Below, in pieces: positions 52,862 through 61,415 of a stretch of DNA of 64,000 nucleotides (the first letter of the stretch is position 1; each line of letters starts with the position of its first letter). Location of the stretch: contig CBDANK010000002.1 in assembly GCA_965197565.1 (NCBI GenBank), positions 655,095 to 719,094 of the forward strand, read 5' to 3'. Origin of the DNA: Dehalococcoidia bacterium. Its GTDB lineage: Bacteria > Chloroflexota > Dehalococcoidia > Lucifugimonadales > UBA3495. A program made the position numbers and the translations under genes. Below the pieces are notes generated by a model, which was not told the origin of the DNA, made no database searches, and saw only the letters and a list, made by a program, of their open reading frames with translations.

Positions 52862-54247
52862 TTGAAAATCACCGTGGTGGGACTCGGTCACTTGGGGGTG
52901 GTGGCTGCCGGCGGCCTGGCTATGGCAGGCCACGAGGTGACCGGAGTAGACATCGATGACCGAAGTATCCGGAAACTGAGATCGGGTGAAGCGCCCTTTT
53001 ACGAGCCGGGGCTTGAGGAGTGGGTGGCGGCCGGTATTGACCGGGGTAATCTACGCTTCTTTCATCTGGACGAATTTTCCGGGCCCTTGGGGGATGCCGC
53101 ACTGGTTACCACGGGTACGCCGGCGGCCGGGAACGGAGAGGCGGACCTGGGCCAGGTACAGTCCGTATTGACCTGGATCAAAAGGCTGAAACCTCGGAAT
53201 CTTGTCCTGGTGATGAAGAGTACTGTTCCCCCCGGCACCGGCCGGGCGATTCTGCGGCAAGAACTGAGGGGAATGGATGTCGACTATATTGCCAACCCTG
53301 AGTTCCTTCAGGAAGGGCGGGCGTTGCAGGACTGGAAATCCCCTGGGCGTATCGTTGTCGGGGCCAACACCGATTCCAAGCGGGCCGTTGCCGTCGTGAA
53401 AAAGATGTACTCTGGGATCACGGCCCCCTACCTGATAACGGACATTACCAGTGCTGAGATGGTCAAGTATGCAAGCAATGCTTTTCTGGCGGCTCGAATT
53501 TCCTTTATCAACGAAATCGCCTCCCTCTGCGACCGAGTTGGAGCCTCCATTGACGCGGTGAGCGACGGTCTGGCAATGGACGCCAGGACAGGGGTCAAAA
53601 TCCACGCCGGCGTTGGATACGGGGGGTCGTGTTTCCCAAAAGACCTTCGGGCCCTCGATCATTTGGCGTTGACGTGCGGGCTGGAGCTAGACCTGCTGAG
53701 GTCGGTAATCACCATTAACAACCGGCAGCGCCTGCTGCCGTTGGATAAGCTTCGAGCCCGGTTCGGCGGCGCGATGGCCGGATTGAAGGTTGGCGTGTTG
53801 GGGTTGGCTTTCAAGCCTGGCACCAACGATGTTCGAGAGGCCGCATCATTGGACCTGATCGACGCCTTGGTCAAAGATGGGGCAATGGTCAGGGCCTTCG
53901 ACCCTCAAGCTATCCAGCCGGCCCGCCGGTTGCTGCCGCCAAGCGTCGACTTCGTGGGCAGCCCGGAGGAAACCGCCCGCGGGGCTCAGGTGTTGATACT
54001 CCTGACTGAGTGGACCGAGATAGTCGGAGCGGACTGGGGTACTATAGCCAATGATATGCGCTCCCCCAAGTTCGTGTTCGACGGTAGAAACGCTCTCGAT
54101 CCTGATCTTATGGCGCGTCTTGGGTTCGAGTACACCGGCGTGGGCAGAGGGTGTGACGGCGCCCCGAGAACACCGGGGCCGGGTACATTAGAATTCCCGC
54201 GCTACGTCAACGGTCAATCGCTGACAGCGGTCGAGGTTGGGCCATAG
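52862..54247 (+). CDS. ugd: UDP-glucose 6-dehydrogenase
   Basis: TTG start behind GGAGGAGG. KITVVGLGHLGVVAAG, catalytic GGSCFPKD. Has a ~45-aa C-terminal extension. Confidence 0.85.
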   Translation: MKITVVGLGHLGVVAAGGLAMAGHEVTGVDIDDRSIRKLRSGEAPFYEPGLEEWVAAGIDRGNLRFFHLDEFSGPLGDAALVTTGTPAAGNGEADLGQVQSVLTWIKRLKPRNLVLVMKSTVPPGTGRAILRQELRGMDVDYIANPEFLQEGRALQDWKSPGRIVVGANTDSKRAVAVVKKMYSGITAPYLITDITSAEMVKYASNAFLAARISFINEIASLCDRVGASIDAVSDGLAMDARTGVKIHAGVGYGGSCFPKDLRALDHLALTCGLELDLLRSVITINNRQRLLPLDKLRARFGGAMAGLKVGVLGLAFKPGTNDVREAASLDLIDALVKDGAMVRAFDPQAIQPARRLLPPSVDFVGSPEETARGAQVLILLTEWTEIVGADWGTIANDMRSPKFVFDGRNALDPDLMARLGFEYTGVGRGCDGAPRTPGPGTLEFPRYVNGQSLTAVEVGP

Positions 54248-54249
54248 GA

Positions 54250-54957
54250 GTGACTGGTCAATCGCCGGACCGCGCCGCCCGCGCCGGTGGAATCCTTCTT
54301 CTGCTCACGGCGGCCGCTACGGCGGTGATGGTTTTCGCCCGCGTGTCGGCGGACGCCGACCAAGCGACTTTGTTGGAGTCGCTGCTGGCGGTTGCAGACA
54401 ACCGGGTGATGTACAGCGTCGCCGGGATAGCCAGATTCCTGTCGGGCATAACACTCCTAGCCGCCGCCTGGTTCCTGTGGCGGACCTGGATTATCCGGGA
54501 GCGGTTTGCCGCGCCTCTGGTGCCCTACTTGTTTGCTTTGTCCGGCGTCTGCACTGCCGTGTCGGGGGCATGTGCTGTCCTGATTGCCGTCTATCCAAGG
54601 CCCGAAGTGACCTTCGCCAATGGGATCCCCACCGGCGAAATTGCTCCCATAGTCGAGGTAGTGTCCGATCTACGGTGGATTATAGGCAAGGTTGGATTCA
54701 CTGCCGCCGGCGTTGCTCTCATCATTGCGGCCCGGTATCAGTGGCAGGTGGGCGGGACGCTTAGACGGGTAGCGCCGGTGTCGGCGTTCATAGGTGTTGC
54801 GATGCAGTTCATCTGGGTCGACGCTGCGGCCGTCATGCACCAAGTGGCGGGTCCGGCCTTCTTCCTCTGGCTCCTGGCCATCGGCGCGATGCTTGCCGCG
54901 GGCCGTGTCGAACGACACTTTATCACGCACTACTTCGGCGGCCGGAGCTCAAGTTAG
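54250..54957 (+). CDS. integral membrane protein (DUF4386-like)
   Basis: 235 aa with 6 hydrophobic helices. Starts 2 nt after the ugd stop. Confidence 0.5.
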   Translation: MTGQSPDRAARAGGILLLLTAAATAVMVFARVSADADQATLLESLLAVADNRVMYSVAGIARFLSGITLLAAAWFLWRTWIIRERFAAPLVPYLFALSGVCTAVSGACAVLIAVYPRPEVTFANGIPTGEIAPIVEVVSDLRWIIGKVGFTAAGVALIIAARYQWQVGGTLRRVAPVSAFIGVAMQFIWVDAAAVMHQVAGPAFFLWLLAIGAMLAAGRVERHFITHYFGGRSSS

Positions 54958-55027
54958 AAGTTTCGGGATAGTCGCATTCTGGAGCCTTATGTCATAAACC
55001 AGATAGCAGATTGTATTAAATTAACTA

Positions 55028-55055
55028 TTGACATCTTTAATTAAATGTCTATACT
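55028..55055 (+). promoter_or_regulatory. sigma-70-like promoter candidate
   Basis: TTGACA (55028..55033), 16-nt spacer, TATACT (55050..55055), located in a ~290-bp AT-rich gap. Confidence 0.4.
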
Positions 55056-55248
55056 TACTGATTATTGTCGTCCGAGAGTCTTTTTCTAGTATATCTTCAA
55101 ACTTTCATTTGCATAGACTGTGCAAAGAGCCAATACTCATGCGTACCGGTCCGGTCGTGAGAGACCATCGAGCGTCCCGTGCTGAGGCCCGGCGGGTCTG
55201 CGGCGCGTGTTGCGCCAGCCGAATTATTGACCTAGTCAGGAGGCGGCT

Positions 55249-55758
55249 ATGACACCGGTGTTTCCATACTTGATCCGCAGGTCGGATGACGGTTGGAGCG
55301 GCGAGTTGCTCTTGCGGCTCAAGAACGGCCGCTCCGTCTACGTGGTGCACCTTTCCTTGGAGCAGGCCCGGGTTCTTGCCGTGGAGATGCGGGGGTTGGC
55401 CACCGACCACTGCCCGCAGCACCACCTGACCCTGCGCGTCGCCCAGGCCCTGGGGGCCATCGTCAGTCACGTGATAATCCGGAGCACCGGACAGTCCGAC
55501 GAGGTGCTGGGGTCGATGTGCATGATTACCGACAACGGGCTGCAGCACGTGACCGTCGACGCGGCGGCGGCCTTGGCGATGGCCGTCCACCTGGGCCTGC
55601 CCATCTTCATGGACGGCGAGTTCTCACTGGCCGACGGCCCCCTGAGGGCGTCCCAGGTGCTGAACGACCTGCCAGCCTTAACCCCAATCCCCAAGGTCTT
55701 TCGCGACGTTGTAGAGGGGTTGGAGTTTCCCGGAGCGGAGGGGGAGTCCAGGGCCTGA
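55249..55758 (+). CDS. bifunctional nuclease (DUF151/BFN) family protein
   Basis: 169 aa; VHLSLEQARVLAVEMRGL...HHLTLRVAQALGA...VTVDAAAALAMAVHLGLPIFM follows the BFN-domain pattern. Confidence 0.55.
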   Translation: MTPVFPYLIRRSDDGWSGELLLRLKNGRSVYVVHLSLEQARVLAVEMRGLATDHCPQHHLTLRVAQALGAIVSHVIIRSTGQSDEVLGSMCMITDNGLQHVTVDAAAALAMAVHLGLPIFMDGEFSLADGPLRASQVLNDLPALTPIPKVFRDVVEGLEFPGAEGESRA

Positions 55759-55794
55759 GCCTCCGGCCCAAATCGAATACTGGGAGTTGACGAA

Positions 55795-56376
55795 GTGGCG
55801 ATCGATAAGGCTGAAACCCTGAGCGTGTACCATGCTATCTACCTGCGGCGGATGGCGTGGGCTTTCAAACCGGCCGCGGTGCCCCGTTCGGCGATAGAGC
55901 GGATGCTGGACGCCGCCGTCTGGGCCCCCAACCACCGGATGACCGAACCGTGGCGATTTTTCGTCCTCGAAAAGGACAGCCCGGCCCGCCGGCAAGCCAG
56001 CGACCTCGCCTACGCCTCGGTCCTGCAACTCACGGACAACACACGGTACGCCGTGGCGGCCCGGGAGAAAGTCCTCGCCCCTCCCTATGTCATCTGCGCC
56101 TACTCGGCGCCGGGGCCCGACGAAGAGACCACCAAGGAGAACTACGCGGCGGTGTGCTGCGCTGTCCAGAACATCGCGCTGGCCGGGGCGGCCGAAGGGC
56201 TGGCCGTCACCTGGGATACCGGCGGCGTCACCAGGCACCCGGAACTCAAAGGGCTGCTTGGCGCCGAAGCCGAGTGGGAACTGGCGGCGATGCTGCTGAT
56301 AGGATTTCCCAGCGAGTCCCCCAGTTCCCGCCGGACTCCGGTCTCCCGGTTCGTCCGGTGGCACGGCAGCGAGTAG
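55795..56376 (+). CDS. nitroreductase family protein
   Basis: 193 aa; APNHRMTEPWRFFVL and AAVCCAVQNIALAGAAEGL are typical nitroreductase blocks. GTG start. Confidence 0.8.
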   Translation: MAIDKAETLSVYHAIYLRRMAWAFKPAAVPRSAIERMLDAAVWAPNHRMTEPWRFFVLEKDSPARRQASDLAYASVLQLTDNTRYAVAAREKVLAPPYVICAYSAPGPDEETTKENYAAVCCAVQNIALAGAAEGLAVTWDTGGVTRHPELKGLLGAEAEWELAAMLLIGFPSESPSSRRTPVSRFVRWHGSE

Positions 56377-56519
56377 CCCGGACCGTAAGCACACGGCCTC
56401 CGCCAAGGGAGCCGGCACCGGTTACCCCTTGACTGGTCATCTCGACAATTCAAGAGTTATAGACTAGGACGTGTATCTAGTCGTCATTGGCGTTATTAGG
56501 GGAACGGGCAACATAAGGA

Positions 56520-56790
56520 ATGTTGGAGACACTAACCACGCTGGATGTCCGGAAGCTGAAAGCCTGGCAACTTGATGAGACGCAAGCAATCTGGCGCGAC
56601 TTCAGAGATCGAAAGTCCTGTCCTTCCATCAGTGCGCCATAGACCCCGTGCGTATAGGGCTGGATGAACGCGTCGTCCGAGACTGCTGGGCCTTGGCGAA
56701 AACGCTGTGGCCGCCGTGGCCCGGCTGCGGACGCTGCTGGCCAGCGATCCGTCCATCCACGGCTCCAAGAAGCCGGAGTTGCATGGTTGA
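56520..56790 (+). pseudogene. remnant of an unidentified gene (protein-like segments in three frames)
   Basis: MLETLTTLDVRKLKAWQLDETQAIWRDFRDRK / VLSFHQCAIDPVRIGLDERVVRDCWALAKT / AVAAVARLRTLLASDPSIHGSKKPELHG* read consecutively only if two frameshifts are allowed. Confidence 0.25.
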
Positions 56791-57109
56791 GATGCTGAGA
56801 CAGTAGAGACGAAGCGCCATCGGCAACAGGACCACCGGAGTCCAAATGCCGATTGAAGTGGGCGAAGCCTGGCCGGGAATGCCAGTCAAACAGATTCAGG
56901 TTCCCCTGGACCGCCGCAGGTTTATTGTCTGGCGGACCGTCACAGGGAAATGGCTTCGAAGGCCAGGATGACGATGGACAAGGTGGTCAGGTGGCCCCAC
57001 AACCCGGCAGTCGCTTCATGGCCGGGGGCTATCTTGTCGGCGTACTGCATAAGGAAGGGGACAGAAAACTACCCTAGCCGTAACGTCAACGCCGCCCTGA
57101 GCGGTCCGC

Positions 57110-57310
57110 CAGGGTCTTTTCATTGCCACCCCCTGTTCAAGCCAGGGGCAGGCTCTGAGCCACTCTCCAATGTAACCCCGAGCAGAGCGAGGGGTCTAAA
57201 GCCCTTAACTGGGTTCTCTTTCTTCGGTACTCGGACCAGGGTTCTTGCTGAGGGTTTTTTGATTCTTCGCTTACGGCTCAGAATCACATTTCCGAGAATG
57301 AAAAGGCCAC
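57110..57310. repeat. D-type MITE copy (empty B site)
   Basis: cagggtcttttcattgcc ... gagaatgaaaaggccac. Interior collinear with 43744..44067 and 59318..59470. Confidence 0.6.
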
Positions 57311-57343
57311 GGCAGGCCGCGCCCGGAGAAGATCACAGGACGC

Positions 57344-59101
57344 TTAACGGCGCCACTCGGCAATATTCCACAGCTCGCTGTCCCAGCCATTGATTCGGAC
57401 TCCTCGCAGAGTGTTCAGATGCGCCGAAACGGTGCCCCGGTTCACCAGGGGAATCTCGTAGTAGTTCTGCACGAGGATGTCGTTTAGCTGCTTGGCCAGC
57501 GCAGCGCGCTCCGGTCCCATTCGGGTCTGGGCCAGTTGAGCGAAGAGCTTATCGTACTCCGGGTTGCAAGAGCGGGGGTTGTTCCCGTCGGACCAGTTGT
57601 TGTCCCGGGTCTGGATTTGACTGCAAAGTTGACCGGATAAGAACTCTTGCGGATCGATGCCGGAACCGCCGGCATACATCTGTACGTCGGCGAAGAACCT
57701 GCGATACGACGCTTCTTGGTCAACTACGGGGTCTCCGCCGAAAAAGACGCTGGCGTCGTGCTGCACCAGTTCGGTCTCGATGCCTATCTGACGCCACCAA
57801 TCGCGAATGAGGGCCTGGGTATCTTGCCGGATAGAATTGGCCGAGGTCTGGTATGTAATCCGCAGAGGTACGGAGTTGTATTCGCGGATGCCGTCGCCGT
57901 CGGTGTCTATGACGCCATTGTCGTCCAGCAGCCGTTTGGCGCCCTCAATGTCCTGGGATAGGCACCCGTCGTTGGCGGTCGAAGCGTAGTTCGGAGGGCC
58001 GGCGACCAGATTGCAGGCGGGCTCGCCGGCAAAGCCGTAGAGCTGCTCCGAGATGAGACTGCGGTCTATAGCCATCGACATGGCTTGTGGAATGGGCGTG
58101 AAGGTCAGGAATGGGTGGGGATTTTGTCCATCCAGATATTCGGAGCGATTGTCGCCCAAGGCAGGGTTCGGATTCGTCTGATTTATCACGACACGTTCCA
58201 CCAGGCTGGTGAATGCGGACACTACTTTGCCCAGTCCGGCTGCTTCCAACTGGGCAAGAGCCTCCGGCTCCACTTGCAGGTTCCAGGCGTAATCGGCTTG
58301 GCCCGTTTCCATAACGGCGCGGGCTGCCGAAATAGCGTCGCCTCCGCCCTTGAGCACTACCCGGTCGAAGTAGGGCGCCGGCCCCCGGTAGAAGGGATTG
58401 CGTTCATAAATCGCCTCATCGTTGGTCTTGAACCCGGTGATGCGATAGGTGCCGGTGCCCAGGGGGGCCGTGTTTTGAGCTTCGCAGGCCGTGGCAGCTG
58501 CGCCAATACAGTCGGCAAACTGGGCCCGGCTGATGATGGGCGTCCCCGAACCAACGAAGGCGTTGTAGGGGTAGGGCGTGGGTGCCTCGAAGGTGATTTT
58601 GACCGTGAGAGCATCAAGAGCTTGCACCGAGGAGATGCCGGTAAATGCGCTGCTGGCGGTGCAGCCCGTATCTTCATCTACACAATAGAGCCAGGTGAAG
58701 ACCACATCATCGGCGGTCATGTCACTGCCGTCCGACCACTTGAGGCCCTCTTTCAGCTTCCAGGTGATTGACCCCAGGTCCTGAGAAAAGCCGCCGTTCT
58801 CAAGGGTTGGAATCTGGACAGCCAGTGCTGGCAGAAGCTCGCCGTCCGGGTCGTATTTGGCCAGGGGTTCCAGTGTGACCGCCCCGGCGTCCACGTCTTT
58901 AGTGCCGGCCGACAGATACGAGCCAGGCAGGGTTGGGGCCTGCCAATACAGTATCGTCAGGACTTCCTCTTCATCCGGGGTTGTGGTTTGGTCCGGCGAA
59001 GCTCCGGACCCTGCTGTGGGCGACGCCGTCCCGGAGTCATCGCAAGCAACAAGCAAGAGCAAGGAAACCAGGCCGAGAGCGAATTTTAGAAAAGTCTTCA
59101 A
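57344..59101 (-). CDS. ABC transporter substrate-binding lipoprotein, family 5 (peptide/nickel type)
   Basis: Lipobox LLLVAC; length and blocks (WSDGSDMTADDVVFTW, YRITGFKTNDEAIYERNPFY) are typical of family-5 SBPs. Confidence 0.85.
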   Translation of the reverse strand: MKTFLKFALGLVSLLLLVACDDSGTASPTAGSGASPDQTTTPDEEEVLTILYWQAPTLPGSYLSAGTKDVDAGAVTLEPLAKYDPDGELLPALAVQIPTLENGGFSQDLGSITWKLKEGLKWSDGSDMTADDVVFTWLYCVDEDTGCTASSAFTGISSVQALDALTVKITFEAPTPYPYNAFVGSGTPIISRAQFADCIGAAATACEAQNTAPLGTGTYRITGFKTNDEAIYERNPFYRGPAPYFDRVVLKGGGDAISAARAVMETGQADYAWNLQVEPEALAQLEAAGLGKVVSAFTSLVERVVINQTNPNPALGDNRSEYLDGQNPHPFLTFTPIPQAMSMAIDRSLISEQLYGFAGEPACNLVAGPPNYASTANDGCLSQDIEGAKRLLDDNGVIDTDGDGIREYNSVPLRITYQTSANSIRQDTQALIRDWWRQIGIETELVQHDASVFFGGDPVVDQEASYRRFFADVQMYAGGSGIDPQEFLSGQLCSQIQTRDNNWSDGNNPRSCNPEYDKLFAQLAQTRMGPERAALAKQLNDILVQNYYEIPLVNRGTVSAHLNTLRGVRINGWDSELWNIAEWRR

Positions 59102-59133
59102 AGCTTAACGTCAAGTAATCTTTTCGTATAGTT

Positions 59134-59210
59134 TGGTAGGCCGTGTGGGAATCGAACCCACGACACCCGGATTAAAAGTCCGGTGCTCTGCCTAACTGAG
59201 CTAACGGCCC
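59134..59210 (-). tRNA. tRNA-Lys (anticodon TTT)
   Basis: Reverse complement GGGCCGTTAGCTCAGTTAGGCAGAGCACCGGACTTTTAATCCGGGTGTCGTGGGTTCGATTCCCACACGGCCTACCA. Anticodon loop CTTTTAA; encoded CCA. Confidence 0.9.
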
Positions 59211-59317
59211 GTAGGCTTCCTGGAGATTGGTCCCAACTTGGGCCAGCCCGCGCTGGCTGACCGACCAGTATTGTATCACCTGACCGGCAGAGTAAAAACG
59301 CCGTGGCCGCTCATTGG

Positions 59318-59470
59318 CAGGGCCTTTTAATTGTCACCCTGAGCAAAGCGAAGGGTCTAAAGACCTTGACTGCATTCCCTTTCTTCGATACTCGGACCAG
59401 GTTCCTGCTGAAGGCTTTTAGATTCTTCGCCTACGGCTCAGAATGACATTTTCGAGAATGAAAAGGCCCT
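59318..59470. repeat. D-type MITE copy (compact, empty B site)
   Basis: cagggccttttaattgtcac ... gagaatgaaaaggccct. Contains the uninterrupted ggcttttagattcttcgcc site. Confidence 0.65.
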
Positions 59471-59556
59471 AGTTATAGCCGAGGCTAGCTTGCTTAGGCC
59501 AGTTTAATGTGATAGCGTGCCAAAGGTAAGCCTAGACGAGGAATAGGAGAAGCGCC

Positions 59557-60066
59557 ATGACTTACAAACCAAAATTTCTAGGCCACGTCAACATTTACGT
59601 GCGAAACGCGGAACGTTCACGGGACTGGTATGAGGACCTGCTGGGCCTGCACACCTACGATCTCATACCCGGACGCGTTGCTTTCATGTCGGCGGACCGG
59701 GAAATCTCCCATGAAATCGCCCTGGTTGAAGTGGGAGAAGAGGCCCCTTTGCAACAGAAGGGACAAGTTGGCTTGAACCATATGGCATGGTACATGGAAA
59801 GCCTCGATGACCTGAAGGAACTCTACCACCGGGTCAAAGAGAGAAACATAAACGTCGAAAACGTTTCCGACCACGGCCTCTCCATCGGCATCTACATCCG
59901 CGACCCTGACGGAAACGGCATCGAGCTTTCATACGAGTTGCCCCGCAGCCAGTGGGGGCGCGAGGAAAATATCTTCATGGGCGGCGGGTTCACCCAGATG
60001 GGCCGGTTTCCTGGGCCTTGGGACGAGTGGACGGCCGAGCAAAAGCAGAAGGCCGCCGCCAGGTAG
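59557..60066 (+). CDS. VOC family protein (extradiol dioxygenase/glyoxalase-like)
   Basis: LGHVNIYVRN, GLNHMAWYM and GLSIGIYIRDPDGNGIEL are VOC modules. Confidence 0.75.
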   Translation: MTYKPKFLGHVNIYVRNAERSRDWYEDLLGLHTYDLIPGRVAFMSADREISHEIALVEVGEEAPLQQKGQVGLNHMAWYMESLDDLKELYHRVKERNINVENVSDHGLSIGIYIRDPDGNGIELSYELPRSQWGREENIFMGGGFTQMGRFPGPWDEWTAEQKQKAAAR

Positions 60067-60586
60067 ATTTCACCAAATCTCAAGTGGAGCAATCCGGGGG
60101 CTCCGGACTGGACCCAGTCCGGAGCCCCCGGAGCATTTTGCTCTAGCGCCACTTCCACACAACGTCCGTAGGCCAAGCGTTGTGGCTGACTACAACCGCT
60201 GTTTGAGAACCTCCCTTCCGTTGGATGAGCACCGTTCCTCTCCTGGCTGCCCTGCTCCGACGCCCGCATAGCCCAACCTTTGCACTCTTGGAACGATGGC
60301 CCTAACCAGGTTGCGGCGGCAGACCGGCCAGCTTTACCCTCTCCACGGCTGCCCTATTCTGCGGTCGAGCTATGCGTGATAGTATGGCTGGACTGGAACG
60401 GAAACCTTAACCAAGACGGGAAGGCAAGAGAAGCCGCTATGCCAGCGAGAACAAACCGAGAGTACATAGCGGGCCTCGATGAAAATAGCCTATTTTCATG
60501 CCAATGACAGCGGGGATTGCGCAAAGGTCTCCGAAAGCGGGTATGACGAAGGGTATTTTCAGAGGAGTAGCATCAAAGGAGGAAAG

Positions 60587-61363
60587 ATGATCGAGAAGCT
60601 ATTCGATATTACAGGCCGGGTGGCGATAGTTACCGGGGCATCGTCGGGGTTTGGCGTAACTTTCGCTCACGGACTGGCCGAGGCCGGAGCCGACGTGGTG
60701 GTGGCCGCCCGGCGGCTGGAGAGGCTGGAAAAGACCGCTGAAGGGGTCCGGGAGCGGGGTCGCAGATGCCTGGTCGTGCAAACCGATCTCACCCAACCGG
60801 ACCAGATAGAGAACCTGGTGTCTAGGACCTTGGCTGAGTTTGGCCGGGTGGATATCTTGGTGAACAACGCCGCCCGGGGCGCGACGGCCATGTGGACGGA
60901 AACGGCCACGTTGGAGGAGTATCGGCTAATCATGGATACCAACCTGACCAGCGTTTTCCTGCTGACTCAGCTAACCGGCAGGGATATGCTGTCCCGAGGT
61001 TGGGGGCGGATCATTAACATATCGTCGGTGGAGGGGATACAAGCGGCGCCGGAGATAGACCCCAGTTTCGGTTATTGCACGGCGAAACACGGGATGGCGG
61101 GCCTAACCCATGAGACGGCCAAGCAGTGGGCTAAACGAGGGGTGACGGTGAACCAGATAGGCCCCGCCTTCTTCCACACCGAGCTAGTGGACCGGTTTCT
61201 TAGCGACCCGAAAATAAATGCCCAAATCTCGGCCTTGTCGCCTATGGGCCGGGTGGGCCAGCCCGAAGAACTCTTGGGCCTGCTGTTGCTCCTGGCGTCT
61301 GACGCCTCCAGCTATATAACCGGCCAGACCATCATGGTGGACGGGGGCTATAGCATCTGGTAG
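60587..61363 (+). CDS. SDR family oxidoreductase
   Basis: VTGASSGFG, NNAA, and catalytic YCTAKHG. ATG at 60587 behind AAGGAGGAAAG; the upstream part of the track ORF runs through a repeat. Confidence 0.85.
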   Translation: MIEKLFDITGRVAIVTGASSGFGVTFAHGLAEAGADVVVAARRLERLEKTAEGVRERGRRCLVVQTDLTQPDQIENLVSRTLAEFGRVDILVNNAARGATAMWTETATLEEYRLIMDTNLTSVFLLTQLTGRDMLSRGWGRIINISSVEGIQAAPEIDPSFGYCTAKHGMAGLTHETAKQWAKRGVTVNQIGPAFFHTELVDRFLSDPKINAQISALSPMGRVGQPEELLGLLLLLASDASSYITGQTIMVDGGYSIW

Positions 61364-61415
61364 GAGACGGCTAAGGCAACCGGAGAGATTCCTGAGAAAG
61401 CAAAGGAGAGGGAAA

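Noticed and set aside
682-60535. CRISPR array among the many repeats
   Set aside because: The repeats are 60-210 bp long, dispersed and often palindromic with TSDs. There is no regular repeat-spacer periodicity and no cas genes are present.
60479-60586. 36-codon N-terminal extension of the SDR gene
   Set aside because: It runs through a repeat fragment (reverse C unit and an A-type terminus, gcgcaaaggtctcc). A strong RBS (AAGGAGGAAAG) precedes the ATG at 60587, which begins the canonical TGxxxGxG fold.
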